In this document: piece after piece, positions 8,749 through 17,090 of the stretch
Position numbering within the stretch: the stretch's first letter is position 1
Layout of the letters: every line of letters starts with the position of its first letter
Assembly (NCBI GenBank): GCA_039809245.1
Contig: JBDHUP010000005.1
Coordinates: 1-39,627, forward strand
Length of the DNA stretch: 39,627 bases
DNA from: Minisyncoccia bacterium
GTDB lineage: Bacteria; Patescibacteriota; Minisyncoccia; Phycocordibacterales; UBA9973
Direction of reading: 5' to 3'
Notes under the pieces: model-generated
What the model saw: the letters and a program-made list of their open reading frames with translations, nothing else
Database searches by the model: none
Told to the model about the DNA's origin: nothing
Program-made: the position numbers and the translations under genes

Positions 8749-9606
8749 ATGAAGAAATTCCTACTTATTATCGCTATATTTTTAACTAACATACTTATTG
8801 CAAATGCGGCAAGTATTTCTGTATCGGCGCCAAAATCTTCTGATATAAACCAGAATATAAGTGTCTTGGTAAATCTTGATACTGATAGTACTTCAATAAA
8901 TTCTTTCGATATAACACTTTCTTATCCTAACGATTTGGTTAGTTTTAAGGGTTACAAAGAGGAAGGTTCTATTAATAAGTTATGGATATCTCAACCAAAA
9001 GATATTGGTGGGGCTATTAACTTTAGTGGAGTTATTCCAGGAGGTGTGGATGGTGTTTATGATCCAGAAAAAGGAGGGATCCAACCTATTCCATTGATTA
9101 CTTTACTTTTTTCTACAACAAATGAAGGGAGTGGTGATTTTATTATTAAAAACTCAAATGTTCTAAAGAATGATGGGTTAGGGACAACTCTTTCTTATGA
9201 AGTAAATAATTCTTCTATCGTTATCTCTAAACTTGAAAGCAAAAATTCTGATGAGAGTAAAGTTGATATAAATCCACCAGAACCATTCGAAATTCAATAT
9301 ATACCAGCTGGTTTGTTTTAAAAAACCCCGCCAATAATTATTTTCTCTGCAACAGATAAAGAGTCTGGTATAGAAAAATATCAAATGAAAACTCTTGGTC
9401 ATTGGAAAGAGGTTACAAGTCCTAAAGCCGTCTCTAGAAACTTATTAAAGAAAGATATTCGAATTAGAGCGATAGATTTTAGTGGAAATATTCGTGAATC
9501 TAGCATCGATATACCAGGATTTATATCAAATACACAGTTATTACTTATAGTTTTAGGTATATTAATTTGTTACTATATTTATATTACAGTAAAAAGAAAA
9601 AGATGA
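8749..9606 (+). pseudogene. Cohesin-like, C-terminally membrane-anchored surface protein interrupted by a single in-frame TAA at 9319-9321
   Basis: ORFs 8749..9321 and 9385..9606 are in the same frame, and the only stop between them is the TAA at 9319. Read through, the protein is ...PPEPFEIQYIPAGLF*KTPPIIIFSATDKESGIEKYQMKTLGHWKEVTSP...IRAIDFSGNIRES, followed by a TM anchor (LLLIVLGILICYYIYI) and KRKR. The N-terminal part (ISVSAPKSSDINQNISVLVNLDTDSTSINSFDITLSYPNDLVSFKGY...) is cohesin-like. The terminal TGA overlaps the next ATG (ATGA at 9603-9606), which is typical of a genuine upstream gene end. Confidence 0.7.
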
Positions 9607-10742
9607 AATTATCGATAAAAGTCATATTATTTAATAGTATTTTGGTTTATATGTTGTGTGCTAGCACCGCAGATGCTTCTTCTTCTCTTTTCATGACCAA
9701 ATCAGCATCCAATATATCAGAAGGAGATCAAATTACACTAAACGTAAAAGTGAAATCTACCGATCAAGCTATTAATGCAGTCACAGGCTCAATTAATTTC
9801 CCTGGTGATATGTTAAAAACCGTTTCAATATCTAGGGATAGTAGTATTTTAAATATTTGGACACATGACCCTAATATACAGAGGAATAAGATAAATTTTG
9901 AGGGAGTTATACTCAATCCTGGTTATCAGGGTAGTGATGGTGAAATATTACATGTAACTTTTGAAGCGATAAAAAGGGGTACAGCTACTGTAACTTTTGG
10001 AGAAGGAGCTCTTCTTGCAAATGATGGATTAGGTACAAATATAATCACACAGCTTTCCCCGATAAGTTTTAATATAACATCTCCTGGATCTCTTGATTTA
10101 ATTGATAATAGTAGAAATGTTGCTACTTCAAGAATCCCATCTAATAAGCTTGCCTTACCTGTTATTACTGACTACTCACAATCTATATTTTCTAAAGATG
10201 TTGCATACCTGAAGGGAAAAGGTGAACCGAGAGCTTTAACGAAGATAGTTTTTGAAGATGTTTCTCATAAGTCATTTGGGGAACAGTTCATGGATTTCAT
10301 CCAATCAAAGAAAAAAAGATTAACAGATGTTCTTGTTAAGAATAAAGAAGATGGCTCATTTGAGTATACAACATCTAATAATCTCGTTGCTGGAGTCTAT
10401 AATGCTACACCATTTTTGGTAGATGACAATACAAATACCGACAAGCCAGGCTTAGGGGTACAACTATTTATTAAAGATAGTAAGGTTATAAAGTGGCTGA
10501 TAGTATTCATTAATATCCTCATACTATTAATACCTATAGCTGGGCTTATAATGATTGTCTATTTCATACCTTGGTATTCTTCTCGTAAAATGCGTATTTT
10601 AAAGAGAAAGATGGGTCTTGAGGAAGAGAAAATTGAGATTACTCAGCATCAATTAGAAAGGCAAGACCAGATGATGGGTAGAGTAAATGAGGTTAGTCAA
10701 GCTAATAAATATACACAGGATTCTATAGGTAATAATAGCTAA
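9603..10742 (+). CDS. Cohesin-like, C-terminally membrane-anchored surface protein with a cytoplasmic coiled-coil tail
   Basis: The likely start is the ATG at 9603 (MKLSIKVILFNSILVYMLCASTADA signal), not the listed 9567. The cohesin-like module is SEGDQITLNVKVKSTDQAINAVTGSINFPGDMLKTVSISRD...GEILHVTFEAIKRGTATVTFGEGALLANDGLGTNI. The TM segment is WLIVFINILILLIPIAGLIMIVYFIPWY, followed by a charged tail. Confidence 0.75.
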   Translation: MKLSIKVILFNSILVYMLCASTADASSSLFMTKSASNISEGDQITLNVKVKSTDQAINAVTGSINFPGDMLKTVSISRDSSILNIWTHDPNIQRNKINFEGVILNPGYQGSDGEILHVTFEAIKRGTATVTFGEGALLANDGLGTNIITQLSPISFNITSPGSLDLIDNSRNVATSRIPSNKLALPVITDYSQSIFSKDVAYLKGKGEPRALTKIVFEDVSHKSFGEQFMDFIQSKKKRLTDVLVKNKEDGSFEYTTSNNLVAGVYNATPFLVDDNTNTDKPGLGVQLFIKDSKVIKWLIVFINILILLIPIAGLIMIVYFIPWYSSRKMRILKRKMGLEEEKIEITQHQLERQDQMMGRVNEVSQANKYTQDSIGNNS

Positions 10743-10760
10743 TGTTATATAATTATATCA

Positions 10761-11861
10761 ATGAAACGTATATACCACGGTCTGGTTTCCCCTATACTGA
10801 TTCTTATAATAGCGACCATTCCGTTCTCAGGAATGGCTGATAGTAGTATATTGAGCCCTCAAGAGAATTTGTGGCTGAAGTCTCGTAATAATACTATTAT
10901 CGTTTATCCTGAAAAGAACCACCCACCATATTCTTACCAAAATTCTTCAGGAATACCACAAGGACTATCAATAGATTATATAGAATTAATTGGTCAAAAA
11001 ATTGGAGCAAAAATTGAATACCTACCGGCTAGACCTCTTTCACAGATACTCGATGATGTAAAACAGGGTGACAAAGGGGATGTTATAACTTCACTGGCTG
11101 ATACAAAAGAGAGAGAAGAACTTTTATATTTTTCTGATACATATGTAAACGTACCAGCTGTCATTGTTGTACGTAAAGATTCTGATATCGGTAATGCTCT
11201 GACACTCAGTAGTCTATCTGGTAAAAGAGTAGCAATAGGAAGTAAATATGCAGTTGAGGAATTCGTAAGAGTTACAAATCCAAGAGTTATTATTGAATCA
11301 GTCATAGACGATGAATCAGGTTTGCAACAGGTAGTACTAGGTGAAGTTGATGCAGCTATAATGGATGTAGCTTCTTTGTCCTACTATCTATCGAAGCAAG
11401 TTTTAAATAGTGTAAAAATTGTAGGAAGTACAGGCTTTGAGTACAAGCTTGCTTTTGCTGTCCCAAAGAGTAAGGAAATATTACAATCAATCTTAGATAA
11501 AGGGTTACAGCAAGTAAGCGAATCTGACCGTAATGCTTTAAATGATAAATGGATTAATATATCAAATTACGATGGTGGTACAGCTCAATCAATATTCTCA
11601 GATATAAGTAAAAATACAAGTACAATAGTTATGTATATATTATTATTATTATTTATTGTAGTAATAATTTTGTTTTTAAAACGAAACCATTATTCAGGAT
11701 ATATACCTATGAGATATACAAGGAAGGTCTCAGATATAGATGATCTAAAAGAAGAAATTGCAGAGCTCGAACATACAAGTGAGAGTTTGATTGAAGAGTT
11801 GAAAGACGTAAAGAATTTAGAGCAAGACATCAAAGAGAAAATACATAATATAGAGAAGTAA
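10761..11861 (+). CDS. Membrane protein with an extracytoplasmic family-3 solute-binding (SBP_bac_3) domain, one TM segment and a short coiled-coil tail; no output domain
   Basis: It has a signal/anchor, then PPYSYQNSSGIPQGLSIDYIELIGQKIGAKIEYLP...LYFSDTYVNVPAVIVVRKD...LSGKRVAIGSKYAVEEF...VDAAIMDVASLSYYL. This is the typical periplasmic amino-acid-binding/sensor fold pattern. The TM segment is IVMYILLLLFIVVIILFL, followed by a ~60-aa charged heptad-like tail. Confidence 0.7.
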   Translation: MKRIYHGLVSPILILIIATIPFSGMADSSILSPQENLWLKSRNNTIIVYPEKNHPPYSYQNSSGIPQGLSIDYIELIGQKIGAKIEYLPARPLSQILDDVKQGDKGDVITSLADTKEREELLYFSDTYVNVPAVIVVRKDSDIGNALTLSSLSGKRVAIGSKYAVEEFVRVTNPRVIIESVIDDESGLQQVVLGEVDAAIMDVASLSYYLSKQVLNSVKIVGSTGFEYKLAFAVPKSKEILQSILDKGLQQVSESDRNALNDKWINISNYDGGTAQSIFSDISKNTSTIVMYILLLLFIVVIILFLKRNHYSGYIPMRYTRKVSDIDDLKEEIAELEHTSESLIEELKDVKNLEQDIKEKIHNIEK

Positions 11862-11930
11862 TTGCTCCTAATTTAGCTAAAATAACCTTAATATATATAG
11901 CTCTAAGGGCTTTCTTTTGGTCTTAAATTT

Positions 11931-11939
11931 TGCTATAAT
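11931..11939 (+). promoter_or_regulatory. Candidate extended -10 promoter element (TGcTATAAT) upstream of gyrB
   Basis: tgctataat sits at 11931-11939, 24 nt upstream of the gyrB ATG. The -35 region is weak. Confidence 0.4.
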
Positions 11940-11962
11940 AATAGGGTAATTAAAATTATTTC

Positions 11963-14068
11963 ATGGCCCAAAAAGAAGAAAAAAAGACAAAAAAAGAGGG
12001 TAAATACGGTGCAGATGAAATATCAGTTCTAGAAGGTCTTGAACCGGTACGACGTAGGCCTGGAATGTATATTGGATCTACTGGTATAGATGGACTACAT
12101 CACTTGGTCTGGGAGATTTTTGATAACTCACGTGATGAAGCCATGGGTGGTTTCTGTGATCATATTGAAGTCGTTTTACTGCCAGGTAATTCTGTTCGCG
12201 TCTCAGATAACGGAAGAGGTATACCAGTAGACACACATTCAAAAACAAAAGTCTCTGCTCTAGAAACTGTCATGACCACACTCCATGCTGGAGGTAAGTT
12301 CGGAGGTGATGATAGTGGTTATAAAGTCTCAGGTGGTCTTCATGGAGTGGGAGCTTCTGTAGTTAACGCTCTTTCTATATATACTAAAGCTGAAGTCCAT
12401 CGTGATGGTGGCAAATATGTCCAAGAATACTCTCAAGGTAAAAGAAAAGCAGCTGTAAAGAAAGTAAGTTCATCAAAAGAGCATGGAACTATAATTTCAT
12501 TTGAGCCAGATGAAGAAATATTTAAGCAAGTTAAATTTGACTTGAACACTATTGTGAACCATTTACGTCAGCAAGCATATCTTGTAAAAGGTCTACGTAT
12601 CGATATTATTGATGCCCGAGAATGGGACCCACTGACTGGAAGTAAAGAGAAGAAAAATTTCGAAGATATCTTCTGGTTTAGGGAACTTGGTTTAGAAGTT
12701 CCTTCAACTACATTTTATTTCGAAGGGGGTCTTGTATCATTGGTAAAATTCTACAATAAACTTATTAAGCCAATACACCCAACTGTATTTTACGTAGAAC
12801 GTGAACAAGATAAGGTCGGTGTAGAGATAGCACTACAATATGTAGATGATATAAATCCTCATATTGTTCCATTCGCAAACAATATTTATAACCCAGAAGG
12901 AGGTACTCATGTTACCGGTTTTAAAACTGCACTCACCCGTGTATTAAATACATACAGCAAAAAGAACAACTTAGTCAAAGAAGCCGATGGAGCTTTCACT
13001 GGAGATGATGTTCTGGAAGGACTCATGGTTGTTATTTCAGTAAAACTTCGAGAGATTCAATTTGAAGGTCAAACTAAAGCAAAATTGGGTTCAACTGAAG
13101 CTCAAGGAGCAGTGGCTTCTGTCTTCGGAGACGCTTTCAACGCTTTCCTTGAAGAGAACCCAGATGAGGCTAAATCTATTATAGGTAAATCACTTCTTGC
13201 GCTTCGTGCTCGTAAAGCTGCCAAAGCTGCTAAGGATTCAGTGTTAAGAAAAGGTGCTCTTGAGGGTATGACTCTTCCTGGTAAGCTTGCTGACTGCCAA
13301 ACTAAAAGTGCAGATGAAGCAGAGCTCTTCATTGTGGAGGGAGATTCTGCGGGAGGTACAGCTAAGATGGGCCGTGATAGAAAGACCCAGGCAATTCTTC
13401 CACTTCGAGGTAAAATTCTAAATGTTGAACGCGCTCGTCTTGATAGAATGCTCGGTTCAGAACAAATAAAAAATCTAGTTATCGCTATGGGGACATCTAT
13501 TGGAGATACGTTTGATATTGAAAAAATGCGATACCATAAGATAATTATTGCGACTGATGCCGATGTGGACGGAGCTCACATTCGTACCCTGATACTTACA
13601 CTTATGTATAGGTATTTCAGAGCAGTACTTGATATTGGTTATGTATATATTGCTCAACCACCACTTTTTAAGATTAAGAAGGGTAAAGAAATACTATACG
13701 CATACTCAGATGAAGAGAGAGACAAGATACTTGGTAAAGACGCTCCATCATTAGAGGAACTTCTATCTGAATCTGCGCAAGAAGACGGAGCTCAAGAAGT
13801 AGAGCTTGAAGTTGAAGAAGAGGATGAAAAAACAAAGTCAAAAAAGACAACAAAGATTCACATCCAGCGTTATAAAGGTCTTGGAGAAATGAATGCCGAA
13901 GAACTTTGGGAAACCACAATGGATCCAGAGAAACGCATACTAAAACAAGTAGCAGTTAACGACGCTGAGGAGGCAAATAAAGTATTTGATATGCTTATGG
14001 GATCAGAGGTTCCACCACGTAAAGCTTTCATTCAATCTCATGCTAAGATGGCAAGACTAGATATCTAA
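11963..14068 (+). CDS. gyrB: DNA gyrase subunit B
   Basis: GHKL ATPase motifs are present (LHHLVWEIFDNSRDEA, DNGRGIP, GGLHGVGASVVNA), as are the TOPRIM motifs (ELFIVEGDSAGG, ATDADVDGAHI) and the C-terminal QRYKGLGEMN. An acidic insertion (EELLSESAQEDGAQEVELEVEEEDEK) lies near the C-terminus. Confidence 0.97.
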   Translation: MAQKEEKKTKKEGKYGADEISVLEGLEPVRRRPGMYIGSTGIDGLHHLVWEIFDNSRDEAMGGFCDHIEVVLLPGNSVRVSDNGRGIPVDTHSKTKVSALETVMTTLHAGGKFGGDDSGYKVSGGLHGVGASVVNALSIYTKAEVHRDGGKYVQEYSQGKRKAAVKKVSSSKEHGTIISFEPDEEIFKQVKFDLNTIVNHLRQQAYLVKGLRIDIIDAREWDPLTGSKEKKNFEDIFWFRELGLEVPSTTFYFEGGLVSLVKFYNKLIKPIHPTVFYVEREQDKVGVEIALQYVDDINPHIVPFANNIYNPEGGTHVTGFKTALTRVLNTYSKKNNLVKEADGAFTGDDVLEGLMVVISVKLREIQFEGQTKAKLGSTEAQGAVASVFGDAFNAFLEENPDEAKSIIGKSLLALRARKAAKAAKDSVLRKGALEGMTLPGKLADCQTKSADEAELFIVEGDSAGGTAKMGRDRKTQAILPLRGKILNVERARLDRMLGSEQIKNLVIAMGTSIGDTFDIEKMRYHKIIIATDADVDGAHIRTLILTLMYRYFRAVLDIGYVYIAQPPLFKIKKGKEILYAYSDEERDKILGKDAPSLEELLSESAQEDGAQEVELEVEEEDEKTKSKKTTKIHIQRYKGLGEMNAEELWETTMDPEKRILKQVAVNDAEEANKVFDMLMGSEVPPRKAFIQSHAKMARLDI

Positions 14069-14071
14069 ATT

Positions 14072-14096
14072 AAAAACCGCACTATGTGCGGTTTTT
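14072..14096. terminator. Bidirectional rho-independent terminator between convergent gyrB and thrS
   Basis: aaaaaccgcac (14072-14082) pairs perfectly with gtgcggttttt (14086-14096) around a tat loop, with A/T runs on both sides. The hairpin overlaps the thrS stop codon. Confidence 0.8.
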
Positions 14097-15833
14097 AATT
14101 TCTTGTTTAATATGAGCGATGAAATCTTCTTGAGACATTTGGACTTTTTCTCCACCTCTTTTCTCTACTGTTAGTAGACCTGATTCTTTTTCTTTATCAC
14201 CGAGGATTATTACATAAGGAGTGTTCATTTTCTTAGCTTGGTGAATTCTCTTACCAAGAGAGTCGTTACCAGAAATCTTTTCAACTCGTATGAATTCACT
14301 ATGCAGTGCATTGAAAACTTTCTCTGCTTCACCCTCATGATCTTCTTTAACTGGAATGATAGATACTTGAACAGGTGATAGCCAAGTAGGGAATACGCCA
14401 GCATAGTGTTCGATAAGGAATCCAGTAAATCTCTCATGTGTTCCAAGGGGCGCACGGTGGATACAAAGTGGTGTTTCTTCTTTTCCTTCTTTTGAAGTAT
14501 AGACAAGATCAAATCGTTTTGGAACCGCAAAATCTACTTGGTTGGTTGCAAGAGTAAATTCTCGGCCGATAGCACTCCAAACCTGGACGTCTATTTTAGG
14601 ACCATAGAATGCTGCTTCATCTGGGATTTCTACATAAGGTATCTTTGATTCAATAAGAACATTACGAACCATATCTTCAGTTTTTTTCCAGAGTTCTGGC
14701 TGGTCTACATATTTCTGACCAAGTTTTTCAGGGGCATGGGTAGAGAAGCGCATTACGTATTTATCTATGCCGAAAATTTTAAAGTATTTCAGATACATGT
14801 CATTTACAGCTCGGAATTCATCACCGAATTGTTCTTCTGTGCAGTATATGTGCGCATCATTCATCGAAAGTGATCTTACTCTCATAAGTCCGAATAATTC
14901 TCCAGATTTTTCGTGGCGATAAACTGTACCGTACTCAGCAAGGCGAAGTGGTAGGTCTCTATAACTCTTTCCTCCAGCAGCAAAGACCTGATGATGGTGA
15001 GGGCAGTTCATAGCTTTAAGGTAATATTTACCACCTTCATATTCCATAGGAGGGTACATTGATTCTTCATAGTACGGTAAATGACCAGAAGTTAGATACA
15101 TGGATTCTTTAGCAATATGTGGAGTACGTACTTGTTTATAACCAGCCAAGAATTCTGTTTCTTTAGCAAGTTTCTCAAGCTCTTCAGTTATAACAGTTCC
15201 ATTTGGAAGCCATAATGGAAGGCCAGGACCTACATAATCAGAGAATGAGAATAAGTCCATTTCTGCCCCTAGTTTTCTATGATCTCTCTTTTTAGCTTCT
15301 TCTTGTTGTGTTCCATATTCTTCTAAATCTTTTTTATTTAAAAATGCTAGTCCATATATACGTGTGAGCATTTTGTTTTTTTCATCACCACGCCAGTATG
15401 CTCCAGCAATACGCTCAAGCTTGAATGAATCAGGTTTAATGTCTTTACTTGGGTGTTCTGAATGTCCACCACGACATAGATCAGTAAACCCACCGCAGGT
15501 ATAGAGGGTGATCTTCTCTCCTCGTTCACTTATTTCTTCTATTAATTCTTTTTTATAAGTATTACCTTTGAATATTTCTAGTGCTTCATCTTTAGATACT
15601 TCTTTGTGTGAAAATTCTGTCCATTTAGGAAGATTTTCTATCATAGTTTTCTCAATCTTATTTAAATCTTCATCTGTTACTTTTTCTGTCCCAAAGTCGA
15701 AATCATAGTAAAATCCGTTATCAATTGCTGGCCCTAATGTAGGTAATGTTTTAGGATAATGTGCCATCACAGCTTGGGCAAGCAGGTGGGCTAGCGTGTG
15801 CCTGATATGTGTTAGTTTGTCGGTGTTTTCCAT
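14082..15833 (-). CDS. thrS: Threonyl-tRNA synthetase lacking the N-terminal TGS domain (editing, catalytic and anticodon-binding domains retained)
   Basis: Editing-site motifs are HIRHTLAHLL and TDLCRGGH. The class II core shows CPHHHQVF and YRHEKSGELFGLMRVRSLSMNDAHIY. The protein begins directly at the editing domain. I prefer the ATG at 15833 (MENTDKL...) over the listed 15848. Confidence 0.93.
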   Translation of the reverse strand: MENTDKLTHIRHTLAHLLAQAVMAHYPKTLPTLGPAIDNGFYYDFDFGTEKVTDEDLNKIEKTMIENLPKWTEFSHKEVSKDEALEIFKGNTYKKELIEEISERGEKITLYTCGGFTDLCRGGHSEHPSKDIKPDSFKLERIAGAYWRGDEKNKMLTRIYGLAFLNKKDLEEYGTQQEEAKKRDHRKLGAEMDLFSFSDYVGPGLPLWLPNGTVITEELEKLAKETEFLAGYKQVRTPHIAKESMYLTSGHLPYYEESMYPPMEYEGGKYYLKAMNCPHHHQVFAAGGKSYRDLPLRLAEYGTVYRHEKSGELFGLMRVRSLSMNDAHIYCTEEQFGDEFRAVNDMYLKYFKIFGIDKYVMRFSTHAPEKLGQKYVDQPELWKKTEDMVRNVLIESKIPYVEIPDEAAFYGPKIDVQVWSAIGREFTLATNQVDFAVPKRFDLVYTSKEGKEETPLCIHRAPLGTHERFTGFLIEHYAGVFPTWLSPVQVSIIPVKEDHEGEAEKVFNALHSEFIRVEKISGNDSLGKRIHQAKKMNTPYVIILGDKEKESGLLTVEKRGGEKVQMSQEDFIAHIKQEIKNRT

Positions 15834-15855
15834 ATGTAGACATATCATATCATAT

Positions 15856-15883
15856 TTGCATTTTAGGTGAAAATCGGTATACT
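15856..15883 (+). promoter_or_regulatory. Candidate promoter for rpmF (TTGCAT - 16 nt - TATACT); the -10 ends 6 nt before the ATG
   Basis: ttgcat lies at 15856-15861 and tatact at 15878-15883. The ATG is at 15890, where a transcription start would be expected. Confidence 0.4.
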
Positions 15884-15889
15884 AGCTAT

Positions 15890-16114
15890 ATGGTAATACG
15901 AATGCGACATACACGTGCTCATACAGGTAACCGCCGAAGCCACCACGCGCTAAAGGCCAAAGGTTTTGCTACATGTTCAAACTGCAAGATGCAGAAAGAG
16001 ACACATGTGGTTTGTACTCACTGTGGATTTTACCGCGGACGAAAAGTTCTAGATGTGGTGAAGAAAGTAGAGAGAAAGCAAGCTAAAAAGAAAGCTATCG
16101 CTAAGACTAAATAG
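15890..16114 (+). CDS. rpmF: 50S ribosomal protein L32
   Basis: MRHTRAHTGNRRSHHALK matches the L32 N-terminal signature, and a CxxC...CxxC zinc ribbon is present (CSNCKMQKETHVVCTHCGFY). The start is 15890 (MVIRMRH) or 15902 (MRH); the listed 15809 start is implausible because it overlaps thrS. Confidence 0.9.
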   Translation: MVIRMRHTRAHTGNRRSHHALKAKGFATCSNCKMQKETHVVCTHCGFYRGRKVLDVVKKVERKQAKKKAIAKTK

Positions 16115-16115
16115 T

Positions 16116-16158
16116 TTTTAGCGCCTCTTTGTAATATGATTACAGTGAGACGCTAAAA
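16116..16158 (+). terminator. Long imperfect hairpin after rpmF (possible terminator or processing site)
   Basis: The arm ttttagcgcctctttgtaat faces attacagtgagacgctaaaa across an atg loop, with 17 of 20 positions pairing. There is no clean U-tract afterwards. Confidence 0.4.
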
Positions 16159-16177
16159 TCTATCTACCTATATTTTT

Positions 16178-17080
16178 ATGGCAAACAGGCACCTTTCACG
16201 TTCAATTGTTCTTCAAACACTCTTCGAGTGGGATTTTGCTGTTGAAAAAGGCACAGAACCAAAAGATATGCTTGAACGTAATATTGTAGAATTCGGCCCA
16301 GGCTTGAATGATTCTTCTTTTATGTCTGAGCTTTTCTTAGGGATCATAAAGAAGCAAACTATAATAGATGAAATCATCGAGAAGGCTGCTCCAGATTGGC
16401 CAATCGATAAAATATCGGTAGTTGATAGAAACATCTTAAGAATAGGTCTATATGAACTTCTTTTCGGAGATCGCTCCCAAGTACCTCCAAAAGTGGCTAT
16501 CAACGAAGCCATAGAACTTGCTAAAAGTTTCGGCGGTGAAAACTCAAGTAAATTTATAAATGGAGTTCTTGGTGGAGTTTATAAAGAGCTTGGTGAACCT
16601 GGTAAAGACGATGTCAGTAAAAAGAAAAATAAACATTTCGAGACTGATCCAGCTAAATTCCCAATTGAGAAGAAAGCTGGTGCTGTCGTCTACTCTATGC
16701 ACGAAGGCAAGATATACTTTGCTTTTGTCCATGATGTGTTTGGGTATTGGACGCTATCTAAAGGTGGAATAGAAGAAAATGAAGAAGAAAAAGAAGGAGC
16801 AATCAGAGAGATAAAAGAAGAGATGGGCCTTGATATAAAGATTAAAGAACTTCTTGGACGCAATGAATATATCGCCAACCATCCAGAGAAAGGTAAAATT
16901 CGCAAGCAAGTAGTTTTCTTCCTAGGAGAATCAGAATATAAAGATATTGTACTTGAGAAAGGTACAGGGGGACTTGATGATGCAAAGTGGTTTGAGCTAG
17001 AAGAAATACCAAGCTTAAAGATGTATGACAATATGATTCCTCTATTAACAAAAGCCGTAGAAATACTAACTAAGAAATAA
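16178..17080 (+). CDS. nusB: NusB antitermination factor fused to a C-terminal NUDIX hydrolase domain
   Basis: Residues ~1-138 are NusB-like (RSIVLQTLFEWDF, DRNILRIGLYELLF, PPKVAINEAIELAKSFGGENSSKFINGVLGGV). After a K-rich linker comes a complete Nudix box, GGIEENEEEKEGAIREIKEEMGL (16763-16831), which fits GX5EX7REUXEEXGU. Confidence 0.88.
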   Translation: MANRHLSRSIVLQTLFEWDFAVEKGTEPKDMLERNIVEFGPGLNDSSFMSELFLGIIKKQTIIDEIIEKAAPDWPIDKISVVDRNILRIGLYELLFGDRSQVPPKVAINEAIELAKSFGGENSSKFINGVLGGVYKELGEPGKDDVSKKKNKHFETDPAKFPIEKKAGAVVYSMHEGKIYFAFVHDVFGYWTLSKGGIEENEEEKEGAIREIKEEMGLDIKIKELLGRNEYIANHPEKGKIRKQVVFFLGESEYKDIVLEKGTGGLDDAKWFELEEIPSLKMYDNMIPLLTKAVEILTKK

Positions 17081-17090
17081 TTTAAATAAT

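Noticed and set aside
9385-9606. Stand-alone 73-aa ORF
   Set aside because: It is in the same frame as 8749..9321 with a single intervening stop, and it continues the same domain and carries the anchor. I treat it as the 3' part of an interrupted gene rather than a separate gene.
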